The notes below the pieces were generated by a model that was not told the DNA's origin, did no database searches, and worked only from the letters and a program-made list of their open reading frames with translations. Both the position numbers and the translations under genes were made by a program. From Leucoraja erinacea (taxonomy: Eukaryota), in NCBI RefSeq assembly GCF_028641065.1, contig NC_073408.1:3720001-3784000 (forward strand): DNA of 64,000 bases. The letters run 5' to 3'. Below are positions 37,624 to 48,598 of the stretch, in pieces. Position 1 is the stretch's first letter; each line of letters opens with the position of its first letter.

Positions 37624-38063
37624 GTAAGGAGGAAAATCATACCTTATTATTACAGGGCACCTTCCACTCTATCACTCTTCACCCTTGGGTAGCCAAGGTG
37701 GCGCAGCGGTAGAGTTGCTGCCTGACAGCACCAGAGACCCGGGTACAAGCCTGACTACGGGTACTGTCTGTGCGGAGTTTGTACGTTCTCCCCATGACCT
37801 GCTTGAGATTTCTCCGGGTGCTCCGGTTTCCTCCCACACTCCAAAGACGTACAGGGTTTGTTGGTTAATTGGCTTTAGTAAAAATTGTAAATTGTCGAAC
37901 ATTGTTGAACAATGTCCACGAGAGCCCCGAGTACCGACGAGTGGCCATTACCGTAAATCTCCGAGTTCGAATCAGGGCAAACTCGGGAGAACTCTTGGAA
38001 TGAACTCGTAGCGTGGGACAGGGGTCTAACAGTGTGTAATTTTGCTTGTTTCCTCATTTCCAG

Positions 38064-38198
38064 ACGAACATTTCCAGGGATGTTATCATCCATTATGTCA
38101 TGGACCAGGTTGCATTGTGGGCAGCACCCTGGCAATACTTTGTGCAGTCGGGTTCCTGGCGGTTATCTTGGTAGTCAAGTACAAAGGACGACAAAGGG
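38064..38198 (+). CDS. Ig-superfamily receptor exon 4 (stalk + transmembrane)
   Basis: ..CIVGSTLAILCAVGFLAVILVV followed by KYKGRQR stop-transfer; ttccag/gtaagg. Confidence 0.82.
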
Positions 38199-38324
38199 GT
38201 AAGGCCATGAAGCGTGACAAGCCAGTAACCCAGCGGACTGCAGCAGCAGCTTCAGGGAGCAATGAATGAGCTGGCAGCTTCCTCCACCCAGTCAACCAGC
38301 AGCTGCAGCAGAAGATCTCCGACA

Positions 38325-38665
38325 GGGTAGATGCAGGAAGATTGTTCCCGATGTTGGGGAAGTCCAGATCAAGGGGCCACAGTTTAAGGATAAGGGGGAA
38401 ATCTTTTAGGACCGAGATGAGAAAAACATTTTTCACACAGAGAGTGGTGAATCTGCCACAGAAGGTAGTTGAGGCCAGTTCATTGGCTATATTTAAGATG
38501 GAGTTAGATGTGGCCCTTGTGGCTAAAGGGATCAGGGGGTATGGAGAGAAGGCAGGTACGGGATACTGAGTTGGATGATAAGCCATGATCATATTGAATG
38601 GCGGTGCAGGCTCGGAGGGCCGAATGGCCTACTCCTGCACCTATTGTCTATGTTTCTATGTTTCT
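38325..38665 (+). mobile_element. CR1 LINE 3' fragment
   Basis: FPMLGKSRSRGHSLRIRG..FFTQRVVN; CTATGTTT tail. Confidence 0.85.
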
Positions 38666-39004
38666 ATCTCCCCAGTTCAATGTCCCAAAGAGGTTTGTTA
38701 AATTCCCATCTGATAAATCACCATCTCCAAATCTCAATGGCTGAGCTACTGATTAACACTCTCTCAGTCAGGCGTGGGGTATCAGTTTAGATTTTAGGCT
38801 TCAGGTTCTTCCGTGAGACGTGAACTCGCAAACACACGACTCGGACAAAATTACAACCTCAACGCTCCTCACGCTCCCTCTCTCTTTCTATCTTTCTCCC
38901 TCCCTCTCTCTCTGAATGAGAGTGGAGATGAAGGAGGCTGAAATCTGTTTTAGCAATTGTTATTCTCCGGGAATGAGGCTAAATGCTGTTCTTTCATTTT
39001 GCAG

Positions 39005-39039
39005 AGGACAAGGCCCTGGACGAACAAGGACAAGCCAAC
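39005..39039 (+). CDS. Ig-superfamily receptor exon 5 (35-nt cytoplasmic mini-exon)
   Basis: ctttcattttgcag/ EDKALDEQGQAN /gtgagt; phase 1-0 links exons 4 and 6. Confidence 0.7.
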
Positions 39040-39489
39040 GTGAGTAGGAATGAATCTTGTTAATCGTGGAGCAAATTTTTAACTCTGAACTAATTCTACA
39101 TGTTTGTGTGCTGAACTGAGGCATTATAAGCTTTCAAATCCGTGCTCCTGTTAAATCTCAGTGTTTAATCCCATCATGTTTGTTGGAGTTATAGCTGTAT
39201 GTTTAAATTAACCCTGGTGGGAGTGGATGTGCGGTCAGTAATGTTCGAACGTTTTTAAGAAGGAACTGCAGATGCTGGAAAATCGAAGGTAGACAAAAGT
39301 GCTGGAGAAACTCAGCGGGTGCAGCGGCATCTATGGAGCGAAGGAAATAGGCAAAGTTTCGGGCCGAAACCCAAAGGGTTTCGGCCCGAAACGTTGCCTA
39401 TTTCCTTAGTCCGAAACCCTTCTTCGTCAATGTTAGAAAGTTAATGGTGAGAAAGCAGGAACGGTGGGGGGACTGATGTAGGATGTCCA

Positions 39490-40010
39490 CTTGTACTCGC
39501 TAGGATTTAGAAGACTGAGGGGGGATCTTATAGAAACGTACAAAATTCTTAAGGGGTTGGACAGGCTAGATGCAGGAAGATTGTTCCCGATGTTGGGGAA
39601 GTCCAGAACAAGGGGTCACAGTTTAAGGATAAGGGGGACATCTTTTAGGACCGAGATGAGAAAAACATTTTTCACACAGAGAGTGGTGAATCTGTGGAAT
39701 TCTCTGCCACAGAAGGTAGTTGAGGCCACAGTTCATTGGCTATATCTAAGAGGGAGTTAGATGTGGCCCTTGTGGCTAAAGGGATCAGGGGGTATGGAGA
39801 GAAGGCAGGTACGGGATACTGAGTTGGATGATCAGCCATGATCATATTGAATGGCGGTGCAGGCTCGAAGGGCCGAATGGCCTACTCCTGCACCTATTTT
39901 CTATGTTTCTATGTTTCAAGATCAGCCATGATTATATTGAATGGCGGTGCTGACTTGATGGGCTGAATGGCCTCTACTCCTGCACCTGTTTTCTATGTTT
40001 CTATGTTTCT
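39490..40010 (+). mobile_element. CR1 LINE 3' fragment with duplicated tail
   Basis: YSLGFRRLRGDLIETYKILKG...WNSLPQ; ends just before the exon 6 acceptor. Confidence 0.85.
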
Positions 40011-40019
40011 ATTTTACAG

Positions 40020-40139
40020 GTGCCTGATGCAGGGGAGGTGCCCTCTGTTGCTCTGTACCACAGCCTGCTTCTCATCCATAGCGGTGGCAACCAAGAGACA
40101 ATTAATTCCACGTACTGCACCATCGGATCCCCACCGTAA
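40020..40139 (+). CDS. Ig-superfamily receptor exon 6 (cytoplasmic tail with two tyrosine motifs)
   Basis: VPDAGEVPSVALYHSLLLIHSGGNQETINSTYCTIGSPP*; ATTAAA at 40187-40192. Confidence 0.7.
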   Translation: MPDAGEVPSVALYHSLLLIHSGGNQETINSTYCTIGSPP

Positions 40140-42419
40140 TCCCCTATCGCTGCTTTTCCTATTCTACTGCTCCAGTAATTTTTGGCATTAAAATATTGAT
40201 AGAAAACTGTGTCAACGAGTCAAGATCTGTCCCGACTGTCCTGAAGAGTCTGTAGCGATCTTCGTCAGCTGTGGGGAGATGGGGTACCACAGATGGTGAT
40301 GTGGGAGTGTGGGCCATGGATCTCTGAAGATGGCTGGGTCAGTGGTGTGGTGGTGTGGGCCAGTTGCAGGGAAGATGATGGGTTGGAAGATTGCAACCTT
40401 CACATGGTCTGCCCTGTTTCGCCGAATGCAATCAACCTGGCGTGCACAATCAAGTAAGATCAAATAGAACAAGTTGTTCCTCAACTTTAGGCTGTGCATG
40501 CCATACACAAGAAGAAGAAGCAGAAGGGAAGATGATGCTTCTACAACTACGTTCATCTAGCACTGGCAGCCTCCACTTTCCCATGGAGGGATTACTAAAA
40601 TGGTCACCACAGGCCAAGCCTGGATATTGGAGTCTCTGGTTGAAGGCCAGAGTGCAGACCTCTGCCAGCTTGGTGTTCATGGTGAGTGCTTTCAGGGAGC
40701 CTTCACATTGAAAGGAAGGGATTGTACAAAGGGCAGCATGTTGGCACAACTGGTCGAGATGCTGCCTCACAAGTTCAATCCTGATCTCAAATGCTGTCTG
40801 GGTGGAGTATGCATGTTCTGTGCGGGTTTCCTCCGGTTGCTCCAGTTTCCACCCCCATCCCCAAAGACTCTCTCTGCCTCAGAGGGTGGTGGAGGCAGGT
40901 TCTCTGGATGCTTTCAAGAGAGAGCTAGATAGGGCTCTTAAAAATAGCGGAGTCGGAGGATATGGGGAAAAGGCAGGAACGGGGTACTGATTGGGGATGA
41001 TCAGCCATGATCACATTGAATGGTGGTGCTGGCTCCAAGGGCCGAATGGCCTACTCCTGCACCTATTGTCTATTGTCCAGGTTTGTAGGTTAATTGGACT
41101 GTGTAAAATTCCCCCATAGTGTGTAGGGAGTGGATGGGCAAGTGGAATAACACAGAACCAGTGTGAACAGGCGATGAATGGCCGGCATGGACCTGGTGGG
41201 CCGAAGGGTCTGTTTCCATGCTGTATCTTTAAACTAAAAATGGCAGCAGAAATATGAACTGACTGAAAGCAGACAACTTTAAATCTGAAACTGAGCAAGT
41301 TAAAGGATGTGGATACAGGGCAAGATTATGATGCAGGCCTCAACCATCCTGTCAACTCGAGAGCTGTCCTGAGCTACTATCTACCTCATTGGAGACCCTC
41401 AGATTATCTTTAATCGGTCTTTACTGGACTTTATCTTGCATTAAACGTTATTCCCCTTTATCCTGTATGTGTACACTGTGGGTGGCTCGATTGTAATCAT
41501 GTATAGTCTTCCTGCTGACTGGTTAGCACGCAACAGAAGCTTTTCACTGTACCTCGGTACACGGGACAGTAAACAGAAGTAAAGCAGGTCAGGTGGGATT
41601 TCACAGAGTAGTGGAACAGGTGCAAGAACAGAATGTGTAGGAAGGAACTGCAGACGCCGGATTACACCGAAGATAAACACAAAATGCTGGAGTAACTCAG
41701 CGGGACAGGCAGCAACTCTGGAGAGGTGGAATGGGTGACGTTTTGGGTTGAGACCCTTCTTCAGACATCTTCTAGGATTGCATGGTTTGATTCGGGTGAT
41801 AGATCTGACCTGCCACACTGTACCAGCCACAGCACCTCAGACAGTGCAGCAGGGAGCAGCATATTCACACAGGCTTACCTGACCTTACACTTGTCCCCGG
41901 ATTAAACCCTGACTGATGTCTTTATCTGCATTTTTCGGGTATTATATGTTTACATTTTATATCTCTGCTTATCTATTATCATTCAGTTGGTAAAATCAAA
42001 ATGAAAAGCTGCATACCTTTAGTGTATCTTTCACCAGCTCGGGGTATCCTGGAGAGAATCAAACCCAGTCAAATAACTTTGATGTACAGTGACTACTGTA
42101 ACGGCAGGAAATGTCACAGCCAATTTATAAAGAGTACAGTCTCTCAAACTGTATTTTGATAATGATCAGATGATTTGATTGAGGTGATTCATGCCAGCTC
42201 CCCATGTGTGGTTAGACCCACATACTTGTATACAGCAACCTGTAAACTTTCTGCTTTGGTTTGCACTTCTCTTAATGGTTAGCTGCAATTATTAGCCATG
42301 ACCTTTAACGGGAAGTTGAGTTGTTACCACAACACACGTCGCTCACCAGTGACATGGTCAAACGTTGTACATTTTTGGGACAGAGATGTTGGGGGAAAAA
42401 AAATTGAATAAATACTCAA

Positions 42420-42932
42420 TATTCTTGCTATTGAGGGAGTGCAGCGTAGGTTTACAAGGTTAATTCCCGGGATGGCGGGACTGTCATATGCTGAGAGAAT
42501 GGAGCAGCTGGGCTTGTACACTCTGGAGTTTAGAAGAATGAGAGGGGATCTCATTGAAACAAATAAGATTGTTAAGGGCTTGGACATGATAGAGGCAAGA
42601 AACATGTTCCCGATGTTGGGGGAGTCCAGAACCAGGGGCCACAGTTTAAGAATAAAGGAGTAAGCCATTTAGAACGGAGATGAGGAAACACTTTTTCTCA
42701 CAGAGAGCGGTGAGTCTGTGGAATTCTCTGCCTCAGAGGGCGGTGGAGGCAGGTTCTCTGGATGCTTTTAAGAGAGAGCTAGATAGGGCTCTTAAAGATA
42801 GTGGAGTCAGGGGATATGGGGAGAGGGCAGGAATGAGGTACTGATTGGGGATGATCAGCCCTGATCACATTGAATGGCTGTGCTGGCTCGAAGGGCCGAA
42901 TGGCCTACTCCTGCATCTAATGTCTATTGTCT
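42420..42932 (+). mobile_element. CR1 LINE 3' fragment (young)
   Basis: VQRRFTRLIPGMAGLSYAERMEQLGLYTLEFRRMRGDLIE. Confidence 0.88.
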
Positions 42933-44641
42933 GTAAATAGTGGAACAATTCACATTTGTGTTACTGTGAATGTGTGCTTACTCCCTAGTGAAAGTGCATC
43001 ACTTGTTTGTGACAGGCAGGGCAGTAGTCATGACTGAGTTTGTGCAGTGTGAGTGAGTGTGTGTCCTGCTGAATGTGTGTGTCTGTGTTCCTTAGCGAGC
43101 CTCGTATATATTATGTAGCGCCTTTCAGAGCTAAGTGTACAAAGCGATGAAACTTTTCACGAAGTCCTGCAGTTAGTTTGGTGTTACTTGCCATCAATAT
43201 TGACGTGTGGTTGGAGAATCCATCATTTATACAACTTGGCAAACAGCCAAATAGAGAGAAACCTAGGCATTCTGCAGCTAGTTAGTGTGCATTTGTGAGT
43301 TAGTATATTGTGCATGTGTGTGTGTTCATAATTTGAGAGTTCGTAGAGTTACACAGGCCGTTCAGCCCAACTCACCCATGCTGACTGAGATGCCCATCTA
43401 TGCTAATCCCATTTGGCCCAAATCTTTCTAAATCTTTCCTATCCACTTCACTGTCCAAATGCCTCTTATATGATGTAATTGTGCCCACCTGTACTAGTCC
43501 CTCTGGGAGCTTGGTCTGTATATTCATCACCGTCCATGTGAAAAACCTGCCCTTCACATTCCCTTTGATTCGTTCTGCTCTCACCTTAAACCTGTATCCT
43601 TTTAACACCCCTTACCATGGGAACCAGACTCTGGGTGTCTGTCAATGCCTCTCATAATCCTGTACACCTGTACCATCTCAGCCTCCTATGTTCCAGGGAA
43701 AACAAACCATGCCTATCCAATTGCTTCTGAGAACTCAAGCCCTCCAGGCTAGTGCGAGTTTCAGAGGTTATGGGGAAAAGGCAGGAGAATGTGGTAAGGA
43801 GGGAGAGATCCATCAGCCATGATTGAATGGCAGTGTAGACTTGATGGGCCGAATGGCCTAATTCTACTCCTATCGCTTATGACTTTAATCATATGACCTT
43901 AATGATGTGAGCTCAATCATGTCGTGTGGTGAAAGTCACACAATACTTAAAAGTGCTGCCTAACTAAGGTTTGGCACGACCCCTGTGTTTCTGCTCCTGG
44001 GTTTGTTTGTGTGCAGGGTAATGAGAGAATCTGGGTGGACGACAGCGTTTAAGAAGGAACTGCAGATGCTGGAAAATCGAAGGTAGACAAAAGTGCTGGA
44101 GAAACTCAGCGGGTGCAGCAGCATCTATGGAGCGAAGGAAATAGGCAACGTTTCGGGCCGAAACCCTTCCGGGTTTCGGCCCGAAACGATGCCTATTTCC
44201 TTCAGGGTTTCGGCCCGAAACGTTGCCTATTTCCTTCAGGGTTTCGGCCCGAAATGTTGCCTATTTCCTTCAGGATTTCGGCCCGAAACGTTGCCTATTT
44301 CCTTCAGGATTTCGGCCCGAAACGTTGCCTGTTTCCTTCGCTCCATAGATGCTACTGCACCCGCTGAGTTTCTCCAGCATTTCTGTGTACCTGGGTGAAC
44401 GACACATCACTCCCAGCCCAGAATGGGGAGGGAAAGGAATAGACAACAGCAAGGACCTTCCTCTGGCACAAGGAATCAAGTTTGAATAAAGAGATGTGTG
44501 ATTTAATGGCAACTATCACGACTTTGAAACAATGAAAGACTATAATAATTTTCAGAACCAGAATTAAACCATGTGCTGTAATATTTAGAATCAGTTGAAA
44601 TGATTTGATGTATAAAGTCCCAGCCCTTTATATTACACTCG

Positions 44642-44970
44642 AAAGTGAGGATTTCTTTTCTTTTCTTCCTTCTCTAATTCCTTCCCTAAGCACTTTGGGG
44701 TCAATGAAAATTGACTATAAATGTGCTATATAAATAAACTTATTATTATTATTATTATTATTATTATAAGGGTCTCTCTTCTCCCAACACTTTCCTGCAT
44801 TTTCTCGACTCTTGCTTATTTTCCTTACTTCTTTTATTCCTATCTTTTTTAAAGCACAAAAAATGAAGTGGTACAACATAATGTAATAAGATATATGCGA
44901 TGTATTAATTAATTTACTGTACTGCTAATAAAAATAAAATTAAAAAAAAAAAAAAAAAGTGAGGATTTCT
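44642..44970 (+). mobile_element. Poly(A)-tailed retroposon insertion with 15-bp TSD
   Basis: AAAGTGAGGATTTCT at 44642-44656 and 44956-44970, flanking ~300 bp that ends AATAAA..A-run. Confidence 0.8.
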
Positions 44971-45232
44971 CCAGTATATATATTGTGTAATAATTCAGAT
45001 AATGCCCTGCTTGAGACAAAAATAATTCTGTACCAAACACAGATCGTTAAGTGATCAAAGAATAATAACACTTTATTTGTTGGAATACTTTTTCCTAAAA
45101 CAAATTCTCTAAAAAAAAAAAAAGAGGAACTTCAGATTCATGGTCAATATCCTGACCCAGGGACACTGGGAAGTGAGTAGGTTTGTGTGGAGACAGGGAC
45201 ACTCGGATAGTTTCACCACTGCCACCCTTGCG

Positions 45233-45361
45233 CTAGATGTCCAGTGGGTTGAGCCCAAATTCAAGTAGTTTCTGCTTGTGGTCTGAGTGTAAATTTGTTG
45301 CCGCTTTCTCCCACTGCAGTCTGGCCTTCTCCATCTTGTTCAGCAGCAGGTCCAGGCTATC
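45233..45361 (-). CDS. CCDC153: CCDC153 (DRC12) last coding exon
   Basis: DSLDLLLNKMEKARLQWEKAATNLHSDHKQKLLEFGLNPLDI*; AATAAA (minus) at 45072-45077. Confidence 0.88.
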   Translation of the reverse strand, partial: DSLDLLLNKMEKARLQWEKAATNLHSDHKQKLLEFGLNPLDI

Positions 45362-46484
45362 CTACACCAAAGGGAAGGAGGAGAGGGGTCAGTGGCCACT
45401 GCTTGCAAGCTCCCGATCTCACAGCTGCCCAGGGAAAAGAAGATCAAATAAGAATTTGTCTGTGGAATTCTCTCTCAGAGGGCGGTGGAGGCAGGTTCTC
45501 TGGGATGCTTTCAAGAGAGAGCTAGATAGGGCTCTTAAAAATAGCAGAGTCAGGGGATATGGGGAGAAGGCAGGAACGGGGTACTGATTGGGGATGATCA
45601 GCCATGATCACATTGAATGGTGGTGCTGGCTCGAAGGGCCGAATGGCCTACTCCTGCACCTCCTGCACCTATTGTCTAAGAAGATAAATAAGTGATAGGC
45701 CTGGATAGAGTGAATGCAGGGAGCATGTTTCCACTGAAGATAGGCACAAAAAGCTGGAGTAACTCAGCGGAGACAGGCAGCATCTCTGGAGAGATGGAAT
45801 GGGTGATGTTTCGGGTCGAGACCCTTCTTCAGGATGTTTCCACCAGTAGGAGAGTCTCGGACCAGAGGCCACAGCCTCAGAATTAAAGGACGTACTTTTA
45901 GAACGGAGATGAGGAGGAATTTCTTTAGTCAGAGGGTGGTGAATCTGTTGAATTCATTGCCACAGAGGGCTGTGGAGGCCAAGTCATTGGATATTTTTAA
46001 GGCAGAGATAGATAGATTCTTAATTAGTACGGGTGTCAGGGATTATGGGGAGAAGGCAGGAGAATGGGGTTGAGAGGGGTAGATAGAACAGCCATGATTG
46101 AATGGTGGAGTAGGCGATGGGCCGAATGGACTAAATCTGTTCCAATAACATATATTTATGAACTTATCACCCAGTTTTAAAGTTCAATTTTCAAAAGCTT
46201 TTAGATTTTGAGGTGGAAGAGAAGACTGATGTGCTGGGCGTCCTAAAGTTGAAAGAACAAATTAGAACGTCAGGCAATATAGCTTCTTAAAACCACATTC
46301 AGCTTCTAAATGTCAGAAACTATTTCAAAGTAGAGAAATTTTGCGTTTTGAAAGGACTTGATAGGCTGGATGTAGAGATCTGTCCGTGTAGTTGGGTTAT
46401 AAATGTAAAGAACTGTCAATAAATACTGAAGGGAAATTCAGTAGAAATGTCAATACCCAAAGGAACGCAAGAATTGAGAACTCG

Positions 46485-47050
46485 TTACAAGGTTAATTCC
46501 TGGGATGGCGGGACTGTCATATGCTGAGAGAATGGAGCAGCTGGGCTTGTACACTCTGGAATTTAGAAGGATGAAAGGTAATCTCATTGAAACATATAAG
46601 ATTGTTAAGGGCTTGGACACGCTAGAGGCAGGAAACATGTTCCCGATGTTGGGGGAGTCCAGAACCAGGGGCCACAGTTTAAGAATAAGGAGTAAGCCAT
46701 TTAGAACGGAGACGAAGAAACACAGAGAGTGGCCCACATCTTGGTCTTCCATGCAGCACACTGGGTGTGTTGAGCTGCTGCCTCACAGCACCAGAGACCC
46801 GGGTTCGATCCTGACTACGGGTGCTGTCTGTGCGGAGTTTGTACGTTCGCCCCGTGATTTTTGTCAGAGATCTCCGTTTTCCTCCCTCACTTCAGAGACG
46901 TACAGGTATGTAGGTTAATGGGCTTGGTGTAAATGTAAATTGTCCCTAGTTTGTGTAGGGTATTGTTAGTGTACGGGGATTGCTGGTGGGTGTGTGGTGG
47001 GACTCAGTGGGCCGAAGGGCCTGTTTCCGCGCTGTATCTCTAAACTAAAC
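46485..47050 (+). mobile_element. CR1 fragment followed by a V-SINE
   Basis: CR1 ORF2 motif 46485-46720; SINE 46765-47050. Confidence 0.78.
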
Positions 47051-47122
47051 TGCATAAGCACAATTACTCCGGTCAGTACATATCCGGTCTGCACATCCTG
47101 CAGGCTGGCAGGTGATACTCAC

Positions 47123-47253
47123 ATGGAGGATGGCCTCGTATTCAGTCTCCATGTTGTCTATTTTCATCTGCAGCTCTTTGATGGTGGAATCTTTCTCGCT
47201 GATGATCTGAGCTTTCTCCTCCCGTGTCTCTGCCAGTTGCTGCTGACACGAAG
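47123..47253 (-). CDS. CCDC153: CCDC153 coding exon 5
   Basis: SCQQQLAETREEKAQIISEKDSTIKELQMKIDNMETEYEAILH. Confidence 0.88.
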
Positions 47254-48106
47254 CTGACATGGAGTTACAGCAGTGAATTACCTCCGAAAGACCACCCACG
47301 GCTCCAAGCTGACTCCCCTCTGCCATCAGCTGCAGCCCACCCAACACGTCGATCCGGCCTCTGCCTCAACACATTCACTCACGCACACACACACACAACC
47401 CAGCCCAACACTGCACAGCCCCAGCTAAACTGTAGCACAGCCCCAAGACAGACACAAAGTGCTGGAGTAACTCAGCGGGTCAGGCAGCATCTCTGGAGAA
47501 AAGGAACAGGTGATGTTTCAGGTCCAGACCATTCTTCGGACTGAAAGTAGAGTGGGGGGGGACTGGAGGTAGGGGAAAGCCTACCTTTGGTTTAAGGGCT
47601 GACCCTCATGTTCCTCGTGGGCAGATGGTCTAAAAGAGTGTGATCCCACTGGGAAACCTGCAGATCCTGCACTAACACAAATCATCCGCATCCAATTTTA
47701 AATGTAAATTCAAGCACTGAGTCATAGAGTGATACAGCGTGGAAACAGGCCCTTCAACCCAACTTGCCCACACCGACCAACATGTCTCATCTACACTAGT
47801 CCCACCTGCCTGTGTTTGGCTCATGTCCCTGTCCTATCCATGTACCTAACTAAATGTGTATTAAACATTGCGACAGTTCCTGCCTCAACTACCTCCTCCA
47901 GCAGCTCGTTGCGTAAACCCACCATCCTTTGTGTGGAAAAGTAGCCCCATGGCTCCCTATTACATTTCCCCCCTCACATTAAACTTATGTTCCCTGGTTC
48001 TCGATTTCCCTACTCTGGGACCTACTTTTAAAATATGTTACAAGGGATCTGAATGGCCTTTCCAGTTATGTTTAGTTCACCAAGAAAATGAAAATTCCAA
48101 TTTATG

Positions 48107-48336
48107 NNNNNNNNNNNNNNNNNNNNNNNNNNNNNNNNNNNNNNNNNNNNNNNNNNNNNNNNNNNNNNNNNNNNNNNNNNNNNNNNNNNNNNNNNNNNNN
48201 NNNNNNNNNNNNNNNNNNNNNNNNNNNNNNNNNNNNNNNNNNNNNNNNNNNNNNNNNNNNNNNNNNNNNNNNNNNNNNNNNNNNNNNNNNNNNNNNNNNN
48301 NNNNNNNNNNNNNNNNNNNNNNNNNNNNNNNNNNNN
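48107..48336. other. Assembly gap (230 N)
   Basis: Run of n, next to a (CA)-rich repeat. Confidence 0.99.
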
Positions 48337-48505
48337 CACATGCACTCTCACTCACAATCTCACAGTCACACACTCTCACTCACACACACGGGAGCTCACA
48401 CACACATACATTCTCACACACACTTACACACCACACACACACTCTCACGCTTGTCTCAGCATGTTACTCTCCCTGTACTCATTGTTGATACTACCTGTAA
48501 CTCAC

Positions 48506-48598
48506 TGAGTTGCTGCTGCAGGAGGCCGACCTCTATCTCCAACTGATGGACACGGAGGTCCAGGTTGGACCTCATGGTCTTGTACTGACGGGTCATAT
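48506..48598 (-). CDS. CCDC153: CCDC153 coding exon 4
   Basis: DMTRQYKTMRSNLDLRVHQLEIEVGLLQQQL; phase 1-1. Confidence 0.87.

Noticed and set aside
47868-48546. ORFs spanning X runs
   Set aside because: Artefacts of the N gap
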